From assembly GCA_965206775.1 (NCBI GenBank), contig CBDBKU010000002.1, forward strand, positions 2,255,796-2,319,795: a DNA stretch of 64,000 bases, written 5' to 3'. A program made the translations under genes and the position numbers. Under the pieces are notes generated by a model that worked only from the letters and a program-made list of their open reading frames with translations, was not told the origin of the DNA and searched no databases. Source of the DNA: Bryobacterales bacterium. Its GTDB lineage: Bacteria; Acidobacteriota; Terriglobia; Bryobacterales; UBA6623. Shown piece after piece: positions 19,651 to 29,000 of the stretch (positions are counted from its first letter, which is position 1; every line of letters starts with the position of its first letter).

Positions 19651-21015
19651 TCAATTTCGCTGCAGGCCCTGCGACTCTCCGAGCAGCGTAAAGGACCCGA
19701 TGCGGCTCAGCAGGTTGCCCCTGCTCTGGGACAACGTTCCGAGTTCGGAGCCTGGTGACAGGCTGGTAATCACGGACCTCCCGATGACGTGCCGGCCGGG
19801 ATTCGAACCGTTCGCGGATTCCGTCCTCAATCCCCAGATCGTGTGGAACGCAACCGGCGTGCCCTCGAACGTCCCCAGGTAGAGCATGACGTGGCCGGGA
19901 ATGTTCAGCATCGTGAGGAACGGGGCGGCCCCGGCCAGGATGCGGGCCTGTTTCTCGGCGGGCGTCAACTGCTCAATGTCCACGTTCTTGCCGGCGTCGG
20001 CCTGTTGCCGGGAATTGCGAGGGAGAGGCAGGCCAACGGGCAGGAAGAGATCCAGGAGCGTCGACGAACAGTCTCGATAGCCGCCCAATCCGCCCCACCC
20101 GTACGGCTGTCCCAGGATCTCGTTGATTAGCTCTGCGAGCGTTTCGCCGGAGAATGACAGCGGCACTGCGGCAGCGTCCCCTCTCGAAACCGAAACTTGC
20201 GCTAGCGACGCGCGCCGGTTCTTGTCCGCTACCGGAACCAGCAGCCTAATCTCGGAATCACCGGCCGCCTCCGACGGCAACAGCATCCCGATCCGCCCTT
20301 CGAACAGGAATCCGGCCTGGCCGCTCGCGATCGGAATCTGGTCCCTGCGGATCGCGGCTAGGCCCAGGGAACGATACCGAGCTATGAAGTCGTCGTCAAC
20401 GTAAGCGATGTCGCGCGAGTCGATCCAGCCGCAAGTGTAGGGCGATTCGGCGGCAACGAACCGACCGTCCCCCGAGACATGCGTGAGAAAGAGCGGAGTG
20501 CCGGCCCACACTGCCGAATTCTGGTTGTAGTCGAATGGATATCCCTCGCCGGCGCGGCGGAAATCATGAAAGAAGGGGTCGATCGATGGCAGCGCGCGTA
20601 GCGAAGCATTTCGCACGGTAATCGCCCGGACGGCGCGGCTGGGGTACTGGTCGAGTTGCGCGTTTGCAATGACAGTCTCGAGGGCCGAAGCGGGGACCTC
20701 AAGCAGGTTCGGGCCGAAGGCCGGCTGCTTGGGGAACGATTCTGCAGCCCAGGCGAATTCCGCCGGCGTGCAAGCCTCCGGCTGGCTTCGCTCCCACGGG
20801 CCGTACCAGTACTCAAGAAGGTGAGCGAGCCGCTGCTCGTCGGATTCGACCATCGGAATGCCCGCCGTCGGCACGAATTCCGCGGCATCTTGCGGGATGC
20901 GCTCCAAGTCGTGAAGCGGCCCCGTCGACAGCAAGGGGTTCTGATCACGCCCGCAGCTGAAGACCAATAACAGGACGGTCAGAATAGCGGCGCTAGGCAA
21001 GGGCGGCGATCGCAT
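19651..21015 (-). CDS. NlpC/P60 (C40) peptidase with N-terminal SH3-like region
   Basis: 454-aa ORF with a signal-like MRSPPLPSAAILTVLLLVFSC. The C-terminal ILGQPYGWGGLGGYRDCSSTLLDLFLPVGLPLPRNSRQQ...PGHVMLYLG...FHTIWG holds the catalytic Cys and His context of NlpC/P60. Confidence 0.8.
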   Translation of the reverse strand: MRSPPLPSAAILTVLLLVFSCGRDQNPLLSTGPLHDLERIPQDAAEFVPTAGIPMVESDEQRLAHLLEYWYGPWERSQPEACTPAEFAWAAESFPKQPAFGPNLLEVPASALETVIANAQLDQYPSRAVRAITVRNASLRALPSIDPFFHDFRRAGEGYPFDYNQNSAVWAGTPLFLTHVSGDGRFVAAESPYTCGWIDSRDIAYVDDDFIARYRSLGLAAIRRDQIPIASGQAGFLFEGRIGMLLPSEAAGDSEIRLLVPVADKNRRASLAQVSVSRGDAAAVPLSFSGETLAELINEILGQPYGWGGLGGYRDCSSTLLDLFLPVGLPLPRNSRQQADAGKNVDIEQLTPAEKQARILAGAAPFLTMLNIPGHVMLYLGTFEGTPVAFHTIWGLRTESANGSNPGRHVIGRSVITSLSPGSELGTLSQSRGNLLSRIGSFTLLGESQGLQRN

Positions 21016-21535
21016 GCTTTGCCAATTCTACCGAGGCGGAACGGTCGGAATTCGACAGGCGGTGGGTGTTGTGTGTCGAAGCGATCGAAGCACCGATAGA
21101 GCAAGGAGTTGCATGGTCGGCCTATGCCAACTGGCCCCTGAACCGTGATCGGTTGAGCCGTGAGGTGGCTGCGTCCGGAGAGGGCGACGCTATCAGACAA
21201 GAGTGCTGGGAACGGCTGGACAGGGAATGAGTGCCTGTCCATGCGGTCGCATCCATTCAGCCTGCGACGAATGCGCTCAGGAACAGGCGAGCTACGATCG
21301 AGCGTTGCCTGGCAGGAGGCCTTCGTCCCGTCCCTCGCGGCTAACTTCGCGAGCCTGTCGGCTAGTTCGCGGGGCGAGTGCTCCGGTGCGCTCTTGGAAC
21401 GGGCGAGATTCGACAAGACTGGCCTTCCACACGGAAATTCTGACAGGCCCCGAGTTTGAGGAAATCGTAGGGGGAGCGGCCAGGAACCTAGACTGCCGAT
21501 TCCGGCGAATATGCAGTTGGGACGGGTTTTGCTCC

Positions 21536-22117
21536 TTAACCGCCAACCGCGGCCCGCTCAAACGGATGCTCGCGCCTTGCCTGAACCACCGCTCGCACTT
21601 GCTTCATCCCGAGGAACATGCGCGCCGGATCGCTGGCGAATGCCTTGAAGCCAAAGCTCTCGTACCACGCTTTGCGACGCGCAAACGCTTCTTCGCCCCC
21701 ATCCGAGATCACATCGAGAATGATCGCATGGCACCCAGCCATGTTGGAAACCGCGCACGCCTTCTCGAAGACATGGTGTATGAGTATGCCACCAAGACCT
21801 CTACCTTGCGCCGCGTTGTCCACTGCGACCTGCCCTAAGAACAGGACCGGAATTTCCCCATGATCCGGTGCCCCACGCGGTCGGCGGCTGAGCTCGTCCA
21901 CGTTCATCCGGCCCAAGTTCATTGCATGGTAGCCAAGGATGCGCGTGCTCCCCTCTTCGACGACAACATATATGCGCGTCATGTCATCCTTCTGCTGCTT
22001 CTTGCCAGTCAGCTTGAGGAATTTATTCAGCCGATCGACACCACAGTCAAATTCAGCGCGGTCATGGCGCGACGACTCGAATTGCTCGATTCTGAGGGCC
22101 CGTGGTTCAATCGGCAT
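21536..22117 (-). CDS. GNAT acetyltransferase toxin (TacT/KacT-like)
   Basis: MPIEPRALRIEQFESSRHDRAEFDCGVDRLNKFLKLTGKKQQKDDMTRIYVVVEEGSTRILGYHAM...LGQVAVDNAAQGRGLGGILIHHVFEKA...ESFGFKAF has the GNAT Q/RxxGxG/A motif and the DUF1778-partner architecture. The internal ATG at 22117 overlaps the antitoxin end. Confidence 0.8.
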   Translation of the reverse strand: MPIEPRALRIEQFESSRHDRAEFDCGVDRLNKFLKLTGKKQQKDDMTRIYVVVEEGSTRILGYHAMNLGRMNVDELSRRPRGAPDHGEIPVLFLGQVAVDNAAQGRGLGGILIHHVFEKACAVSNMAGCHAIILDVISDGGEEAFARRKAWYESFGFKAFASDPARMFLGMKQVRAVVQARREHPFERAAVGG

Positions 22118-22415
22118 GAACCACTCGCGCGCGATAGTTCCGGGCAGCCTCCAAGGCACGCGGGGTTGGAGCGGGAGGGGCATCGAGGGCGGCAGTGAAC
22201 AGCTCGGCGTCCTCGGGCGTCAAAACATGCACGGACTGCGCTTCAAGCACACGCATGGCCTCGCGCTCAATCGCTGCGCGCAGGAATACCGATTTATCGA
22301 TTGCCAGCGACTGTGCAGCACGCTCGATCAGGAGGGCTAGTCGATCATCGTGGCGCACCTGCGTGGTCCTGGTCCGCTTCGCCGAGGTAGGTGATGTGGT
22401 GTCGAAGTTCAACAT
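22107..22415 (-). CDS. DUF1778 (TacA-like) antitoxin
   Basis: RTTQVRHDDRLALLIERAAQSLAIDKSVFLRAAIEREAMRVLEAQSVHVLTPEDAELFTAALDAPPAPTPRALEAA is the typical DUF1778 RHH-like pattern. The start is taken at the ATG at 22415. Confidence 0.8.
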   Translation of the reverse strand: MLNFDTTSPTSAKRTRTTQVRHDDRLALLIERAAQSLAIDKSVFLRAAIEREAMRVLEAQSVHVLTPEDAELFTAALDAPPAPTPRALEAARNYRARVVHAD

Positions 22416-22620
22416 GGCCGGTCCTTTTGCGTAGGTCCATTGTAGTGCATTCTGCACTACATATCAAGGGCTAAGCCGGAGGTTCGGAGATGGATCGAGT
22501 CGCCGGCTCTCTCACCCGGCTGCAGTGTAACGGCACACCCTCGGCCGCTCCGGATCCGGCACCAAGACCGCTGGATCCACTCCGGCTGGCCAGCGACAAT
22601 GTCGGCCATAGTAGTCGCCA

Positions 22621-22867
22621 GTCAACCTGCCGTCTCCTGCCCGGCATTAGGCGGCCTGCGATGACGAACGGGGACCGTTCTGTCTCTAAACACTTCGCCT
22701 TGACCGAGTCCCTCGGCCTCCAAGTCCGGGGCGAGTTCTTCAATTTCACCGACACACCGGTCTTCGCTAGTCCGAACACAGCGGTGAGCAACAGGAACTT
22801 CGGGCGTATCTCGAGCCAATCCAATGTGCCGCGACAGATCCACGTCGGCCTCAAGCTGCTCTGGTAG
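22621..22867 (+). pseudogene. TonB-dependent receptor, last ~60 codons only (repeat copy A)
   Basis: ...[57 protein letters not shown] has the same C-terminal beta-strand and terminal aromatic pattern as the intact TBDRs here (…QFRAEAFNASNTPAFRRPNTQFGNRNFSLIGSAGRPRNLQFGLKVIF*). No upstream barrel is present. Confidence 0.65.
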
Positions 22868-22948
22868 GGTTGAGATTCCGCGTTTCCGGATCCCCGTCGC
22901 ACCGAGCCTCTGAGCGCGGCGCATCCATCGGGGGAGGGGAGCCTGGAA

Positions 22949-23090
22949 ATGTCGTCCATCACACGCCGCTCGTTCGTCCAGGCCGGTGCCGCCGGAGCTG
23001 CCGCCCATGTGCCGGCCGGATCTGCTCCGAACGTGCTGTTCATCATGCTTAACCAGTGGCGATTTGATTGCCTTGGCGACAACGACATCC
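22949..23090 (+). pseudogene. Sulfatase 5' fragment with Tat-like signal (repeat copy A)
   Basis: MSSITRRSFVQAGAAGAAAHVPAGSAPNVLFIMLNQWRFDCLG is followed by loss of similarity after about 23088. It is nearly identical to 25222-25352. Confidence 0.6.
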
Positions 23091-23601
23091 AGATCCGGCG
23101 CACGCTCACCCGCACCACGGCCGCCTCCTTCAGCAGCAAGGCCCGGATCGTCCCGAAGTGCGCCCGCGCCACTCCGTCCCCGCAAGCCCGCGCTGCCGCA
23201 GCACCTCCAGCAGCGCCGCTGTCTTAGGTTCGGCTCCCCTATCGGGCTCCGCAGACGCAGTGCACGAGTTTCCGCGTTAGCGACCGGTCGTCATGAGAGT
23301 CGTCGCCGACCCGGCAGGGACGTGCCCGCGGCGGAAATAGCGCGCCGGAACGAATCGCTGGCTGATCCCGTCGGTTGCGGAACAGCGGCCGCCTGTGGGT
23401 CAGTCCGGCCCAACCGCGCAGACCGGGCTCTGCAGCGCCTGAACCGTTCCAGCGCAAGGAGAACCGGAACTCCTGCTCTCCCGTGCCACGCAGCGGGACG
23501 CCGTGCGACCGTTCGAGTCAAGACACAAGGGAGGCAAGAGATTCTCGAATCTGAGCGAAATCAGAAACAATATTTTTCATTTAGACGTCTATTTAATAAA
23601 T

Positions 23602-24786
23602 ATGACTGCAATGACTTCTCGCGATCTGTGGTTGGTACGCGTGAATCAGGCTTGGTCGGATCGACCGATCGTTTGGCTGTCCGGCGTTCGAAGGGTCGGC
23701 AAGACGACGCTTGCCCGAATGCTTCCCCCTGCCGTTTACCTGAACTGCGACCTGCCCTCTACCGGCCGGGTGCTTCGCGATCCGGAGTTGTTTCTCGACA
23801 GCCAGTCATCTGGCACCGTATTGGTCTTTGACGAAGTGCATCGCTTGGAGGACCCCAGTCGGCTGCTCAAGATCGTGGCTGACGAGTACCCGGCACTTCG
23901 AGTGCTGGCGACCGGCTCCTCGACACTGTCCGCAACTCGCAAGTTCCGGGATTCCCTTACGGGGCGCAAGAGTTCGGTCCACCTGCAGCCAGTGCTCTGG
24001 GAGGAGTGCATCAACTGGCTAGGCACTTCCGACATCGACCGGCGACTGTTGCACGGCGGCCTGCCGGAAGCCCTGCTGGCAGAGAGAGTGTCCTCCGACT
24101 TCTTCAATGAGTGGATCGACAGCTTCTATGCGCGGGACATCCAGGAGCTGTTCCATGTCCGCAACCGCCGCGGCTTCCAAGCACTGTTCCGCCTGCTCTT
24201 GCGGCAGAGCGGGGGCCAGCTCGAGCTGAACCGGTTGGCGACGCTCTGCGAGTTGAGTCGGCCAACCGTCAGTTCGTATGTCGAGGCCATGGAGGTCACG
24301 CATGCGCTGCACTTGCTCCGGCCCTTTCACGGCGGCGGGAAGAGAGAGATCGTGGCGCGACCCAAGTGCTACTGCTTCGATACCGGATTCGCCTGTTTCG
24401 AGAAGGGCTGGACCAGCCTTCGACCAGACGACCGGGGAGTGCTGTGGGAGCACTTGGTACTGGACACCTTGCGGGGGCTGGTCAGCGACGGGAGCCTGTT
24501 CTACTGGCAGGACAAGTCGCGTCGGGAAGTGGATTTCGTAATCCGCAGGGATCGGAACCGCCTCGACACCGTCGAGTGCAAGATCAATCCGGATCAGGTC
24601 AACGCATCGGCGATTGAGGCATTTCGGGTTCTGTATCCGCAAGGACGCAACTTTGTCGTGTCCCCGAATGTCAAGAGGCACTACAGGATCCGTCGTCAGG
24701 ACCACGTCTTCGCGGTCTGTGACACAAGGGACTTGTCGAACCTGCTAGGTGCATCGGGGCACGTGGACGAGAGTTCCCATGCTTAG
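23602..24786 (+). CDS. AAA ATPase with DUF4143-type C-terminal domain
   Basis: The ATG at 23602 follows an AT-rich stretch. MTAMTSRDLWLVRVNQAWSDRPIVWLSGVRRVGKTTLARML is the Walker A, VLVFDEVHRL the Walker B. The C-terminal part is RPKCYCFDTGFACFEKGW...WQDKSRREVDFVIRRDRNRLDTVECKINP (DUF4143/PD-DExK-like tail). Confidence 0.85.
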   Translation: MTAMTSRDLWLVRVNQAWSDRPIVWLSGVRRVGKTTLARMLPPAVYLNCDLPSTGRVLRDPELFLDSQSSGTVLVFDEVHRLEDPSRLLKIVADEYPALRVLATGSSTLSATRKFRDSLTGRKSSVHLQPVLWEECINWLGTSDIDRRLLHGGLPEALLAERVSSDFFNEWIDSFYARDIQELFHVRNRRGFQALFRLLLRQSGGQLELNRLATLCELSRPTVSSYVEAMEVTHALHLLRPFHGGGKREIVARPKCYCFDTGFACFEKGWTSLRPDDRGVLWEHLVLDTLRGLVSDGSLFYWQDKSRREVDFVIRRDRNRLDTVECKINPDQVNASAIEAFRVLYPQGRNFVVSPNVKRHYRIRRQDHVFAVCDTRDLSNLLGASGHVDESSHA

Positions 24787-24894
24787 AGGATCAGTAGAGA
24801 GTTCGAGCGCATGTGAACTGGATGGACTGGATTGACTCCGATGAGTGGGGTCTGTGTGCGGGTTGGCCAACATGCAAATTCTTCGCTTGCGGCC

Positions 24895-25139
24895 GCCAAC
24901 CGGCCGTCTGCTGCCCGGCACTAGGCGGCCTGCGGTGACGAGCTGGGACTTTTCTGTCTTGCGAAACTTCGTCTTGAGCGAGTCCTCGGGGCCTCCAAGT
25001 CCGGGGCAATTCCAACTTCACCGACACGCCGGTCTTCGCGAGTCCGAACACAGCGGTGAGCAACAGGAACTTCGGGCGTGTCTCGAGCCAATCGAATGCG
25101 CCGCGACAGATCCAAATCGGCCTCAAGCTGCTCTGGTAG
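24895..25139 (+). pseudogene. TonB-dependent receptor 3' fragment (repeat copy B, frameshifted)
   Basis: It is the nucleotide homolog of 22621-22867 and ends with the same ...GLKLLW* (stop 25137-25139). Small indels break the frame, so the ...QVRGEFFNFTD stretch of copy A is out of frame here (its nucleotide counterpart reads [10 protein letters not shown] in the 24845 track frame). Confidence 0.55.
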
Positions 25140-25221
25140 GGTTGAGATTCCGCGTTTCCGGATCGCTGTCGCACCCAGCCTCCGAGCGTGTGGCGCATCC
25201 GTCGGGGAGGGGCGCCTGGAA

Positions 25222-26717
25222 CTGTCGTCATTCACACGCCGCTCGTTCGTGCAGGCCGGTGCCGCCGGAGCTGCCGCCCAGGTGCCGGCCGGATCTGCTC
25301 CGAACGTGCTGTTCATCATGCTTGACCAGTGGCGCTTTGATTGCCTTGGCGCCAACGGCAACACGATCCTCCAGACGCCTCACCTCGACCGGCTGGCCTC
25401 GCGATCTGCGAATTTCACGCAAGCGTGAGTGCAGGCGCCTGTCTGCGTCCCGTCTCGCGTCAGCTTCTTCACGGGCCGCTATCCTCATTCCCACAAGAAC
25501 CGCGTCAACTACACGCCGTACCAGCAGCCTGAGCCCATGATGCAACGGTTGCTGCGCGACGCCGGCTACCGGACCGGTTCCGTCGGCAAGCTGCACTTTC
25601 ATCCTCCGACGGCCGAGCATGCACGCGAGACAGGATTGGATCAGGTGCAGCTCGACGACGGCCTTCGTCGCACGGACCGCTACTCCGACTACGTCAAGTG
25701 GAGGGGCGCCAGCGATCCCAACTTCGGCATCCATTACCAGACGACTGTCGCTGGAGTTCCATCTGGCCGCAATCCTTTTCGCGCGGTCATTGACAAGGAA
25801 TACACTCCGACCGAATGGACCGGTCGTGAGATACGAAACACTTTGCGTGGCTTGGCATCTTCAGGACGACCGTTTTTCCTGTTCTCGTCCTACTTCAAGC
25901 CGCATTCGCCCCACACCATCCCTGAGCCGTACGACGCCCTCTACAACGACGCGGACATTCCGTTGCCTAGGCACCTGGATCTGCATTACATCCAGCGGCT
26001 TCCGCTTCCTGTTCAAAAGATGATCCTTCGCGGAACGCCGAGGTTCGGCATGGACCGCCAGCGGCTGCTTTGGATGTACCGAAGCTACTACGGGGACATA
26101 ACGTGGCTTGACGATGAAGTGGGTGCGACGCTCGCGGAACTCGATAGTAGCGGCCAGTCGGACAACACGATCATCATCGTGACGACCGACCACGGAGACC
26201 AGATGCTGGAGCACGGCCTGCTTGGCAAGAACGTGTTATTCGAGGACTCCGTGCGGATCCCGCTGTTGGTGAGCTGGCCAGGGCGCATCCGACCGGGGAT
26301 TTACTCCGAACTCATTGAATCGGTGGATGTGCTGCCCAGCGTGCTGGAGCTATGCGGGGTGCCCGTCCCGGAGCATGTCCAAGGGCGGAGCTTCGCTTCG
26401 CTGGTGGCGGGCGAGCGGGGCACGTTCGAGCCGCGCCGGGCCCAGTTCGCCGAGAACATCATGCCGGAAGTCATTGCGAACGGCGACGAGGGTTGTTTCT
26501 TCACGCCCGGATGGTGCGCACCAACCGATGGAAACTGAACTACTACGTGGGGCATGGAGGGGAGTTGCACGACCTCGAAGACGATCCCGGCAAGTGGGTC
26601 AATCTATACGACGATCCGACTTATCAGGGGATTGTCCGTGACTTGAAAGGCCAGTTGCTCGATTGGATGATCGCCGCCGACGAGAATGGCCAAATCGCCC
26701 GCAGGTGGCTCGTCTAG
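25222..26717 (+). pseudogene. Sulfatase with lost ATG, in-frame TGA and a 3' frameshift
   Basis: CTG sits at 25222 where copy A has ATG. The sequence reads ...LDQWRFDCLGANGNTILQTPHLDRLASRSANFTQA-TGA(25426-25428)-VQAPVCVPSRVSFFTGRYPHSH, with the CxPxR formylglycine motif just after the stop. There is a frameshift near 26500 (...GCFFTPGW / ...RMVRTNRWKLNYYVGHGGELHDLEDDPGKWVNLYDDP). Confidence 0.8.
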
Positions 26718-26980
26718 ACTCGCCTCGAGTTCCGCGTACGGAGCTGGTCAACCTAGTCGATGCACAGCACCGGTTGGCCGAGGTCGCTGCTACTGACGAT
26801 CACGCACGGCGCCTCGGGGAAGCTGCGGGGAGCCGGAGGGGGAAGGGTCGATGCATGGTGGTGTATGTCGAGCGAGTAGGGACTATCGAGGCGGCTTTCG
26901 TTGCAAGGGCGTGGACCTGCAGCCCATGGGCTCGCGAAATGATCAGCGGGTGAGGTTCCGCCCAATCGTCTACGTCTAAG

Positions 26981-28438
26981 CTAGGCGTCGATTCGTTTCA
27001 TGAGCCTCTTGGTTTCGATGTAGAGCAGTAGTTCGTCGTCGTGGGTGATCGGCCTTGCGTGCATGGTGTCTAGACGGATTGGATGCAGGCGCTGGAATGA
27101 TTCGCGTACGTTCTCCGTGCGGTCGAAGAACGTGCTGAACACTTGGCGCCAGTTGTCACGCCTGCAGATGATGAGCACATAGTCGGTGAAGTCGGCGTAG
27201 GCGATGAGGGGACGCGCAGGGGCGCCGGAGCGGTCGGCGGCTTCTTGCTTCTCTTTCCACTCGTCGTACTTGTTGTTGGGCAGTTGGTGTCTCGGCCAGT
27301 CCGACCCGAAGGCATGGGTCATCGCGTCGTCGATGAAGCGGCGGAGTTGCGTCTCGAGACGCTGGAGCCTTTCGTGGGCCTCGTTTGTGCGGGCGAGGGC
27401 CTCCTCTTCCTCGAGGTCGCGCGCCAGCGGCACTGGCTGGCCGTAGGCCTCGACCAAGCAAGGAGGCTCGGACCGGATGCGGGCAATGGCGGAGGCCTCA
27501 CGAAAGGCCTGAGCAGGCAAGTCGGTAAGATTTGCGTCGAACCCGAGGTCGACGTAAAACTCCGCCCGGGCGCCCAAGTCGGACCAAATCTGCCGCGGCC
27601 ACGAGATCGTGTCGCGCCAGTCACCGAGGCTGGCACGGAGACTCTCGGCGGCTGTCCGTTCGAATGAAGATGTGCGTGAGACGAGCTCGCCGATCGCCTG
27701 CAGGTCGAAGAGGCGTTGGATGGAGCCGAGCTTGTTTTCCATGTCGAGCCACGGTGACCGCATCGACGCGATGCTGCGTTGGAACGAGGCGGCAGAGCGG
27801 GCTAGGTTAGAGGCGGTCCCGAACTCGTCGACGAGGCGAGAGAGTTCCCGAGATTGGGGGATCTGGAAGCGACGCTCGTAATCAACGAGCCACCGGCTCG
27901 TGTGGGCTAGGTTGTTGCGCAAGGCTGTGTTGAATACCCCCGCAGATCGTAGTTCGGCGAGGGTGCCCTCGAGTGCGCGCAACATTTGGAGGTTGGTGTC
28001 GACGATACGAAACGATCGCTCGACGGCGTGGAGTTGATCGCGGAGTGCGTGATTGCACTCGATGGCCTTGATCGCCGAGGCTTTCGTGTCCGCGACAGTC
28101 ATTGCCGCTCTCGCCGCATGGGCAGCGTTGCGCAACGCCTCGGTTTCCCGAGGGACGATCTGCTCTAGAATGCGCGTACGGGCATCCGTCTCGGCTTGGC
28201 GAATCTGCCACGCCTGTTGGAGATTCAGCCAGAACTGCATTGTGGTGTCGAAGTAGCGGCCGAGTCGAAGTGCAGTGTCGGCGGTGATGCCGCGATCACC
28301 ATTGAGGATCGCGGTGACGCGATTGGCAGGAACGTGGATGGCCTTGGCGAGCGCGTTTGCTGACAGCCCGATTTCGTCGAGTTCGTCGCGCAACACCTCG
28401 CCCGGATGCACCGGAGCCATCCCGCTCTTGGTGGTCAT
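26981..28438 (-). CDS. HigA-type HTH antitoxin fused to a long helical region and a C-terminal Swt1-like HEPN domain
   Basis: 485-aa ORF. The N-terminus is PVHPGEVLRDELDEIGLSANALAKAIHVPANRVTAILNGDRGITADTALRLGRYFDTTMQFWLNLQQAWQIRQAE (HigA/XRE). The C-terminus is FGSDWPRHQLPNNKYDEWKEKQEAA...LIAYADFTDYVLIICRRDNWRQVFSTFFDRTENVRESFQRLHPIRLDTMHARPIT, with an Rx4H motif at R455-H460. Confidence 0.7.
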   Translation of the reverse strand: MTTKSGMAPVHPGEVLRDELDEIGLSANALAKAIHVPANRVTAILNGDRGITADTALRLGRYFDTTMQFWLNLQQAWQIRQAETDARTRILEQIVPRETEALRNAAHAARAAMTVADTKASAIKAIECNHALRDQLHAVERSFRIVDTNLQMLRALEGTLAELRSAGVFNTALRNNLAHTSRWLVDYERRFQIPQSRELSRLVDEFGTASNLARSAASFQRSIASMRSPWLDMENKLGSIQRLFDLQAIGELVSRTSSFERTAAESLRASLGDWRDTISWPRQIWSDLGARAEFYVDLGFDANLTDLPAQAFREASAIARIRSEPPCLVEAYGQPVPLARDLEEEEALARTNEAHERLQRLETQLRRFIDDAMTHAFGSDWPRHQLPNNKYDEWKEKQEAADRSGAPARPLIAYADFTDYVLIICRRDNWRQVFSTFFDRTENVRESFQRLHPIRLDTMHARPITHDDELLLYIETKRLMKRIDA

Positions 28439-28453
28439 GTCACAGATCCTCGC

Positions 28454-28732
28454 TCAATGGTAGTCCACGATTTCCACGTCGCAGGGCCCCTCGTCTGTCC
28501 AGCGGAAACAGATACGCCATTGATCGTTGATCCGGATGCTGTGCTGGCCGGCGCGATTTCCGCGCAGAGCCTTGAGCCGGTTGCTGCGCAGACCAGCAAG
28601 ATCGCGCAAGGCATCGGCACTCTGCAAGACGGTAAGGCGGCGCGTGGCCTGGCTGGCGACTCGCTGAAAACGGGCGACCCGAGCGCCCTCGAAGAACCGC
28701 CTCGTGTCCCTGTCCTTGAAGGTTTGGATCAT
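28454..28732 (-). CDS. higB: HigB-type toxin
   Basis: MIQTFKDRDTRRFFEGARVARFQRVASQATRRLTVLQSADALRDLAGLRSNRLKALRGNRAGQHSIRINDQWRICFRWTDEGPCDVEIVDYH. The internal ATG at 28732 belongs to track ORF 28454-28777. The gene ends 16 nt before the HTH gene start. Confidence 0.8.
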   Translation of the reverse strand: MIQTFKDRDTRRFFEGARVARFQRVASQATRRLTVLQSADALRDLAGLRSNRLKALRGNRAGQHSIRINDQWRICFRWTDEGPCDVEIVDYH

Positions 28733-29000
28733 GCAATGGCGTGAACCGTAGCCGAAATTACGAACTACGTAAAGCATAACACAAAGCGAGCGTCGATCCC
28801 TCGTCCGACGATGTCTCAGATCCTACAGCGCTATCTCATGCTCGACGCTCGCCAATTACTGGGGATGGTGCCGACCAGCATGCGGATGTGCCACTGCTTT
28901 CGAGACGTTTGACGCCCACGAGTTGTCCAAGCAGAAGATCGTAGAGCCGAAAATGGACGAGGTCGAAAGAGTGGAGATCTCCGGTGCCGATGACCAGCGG

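Noticed and set aside
25426-25428. In-frame TGA in the sulfatase as a possible selenocysteine or programmed read-through codon
   Set aside because: The codon is not at the catalytic Cys (that is the C of CVPSR, nine codons later). I see no SECIS-like hairpin immediately downstream. The same gene also has a lost ATG and a frameshift, so a plain nonsense mutation is the simpler reading.
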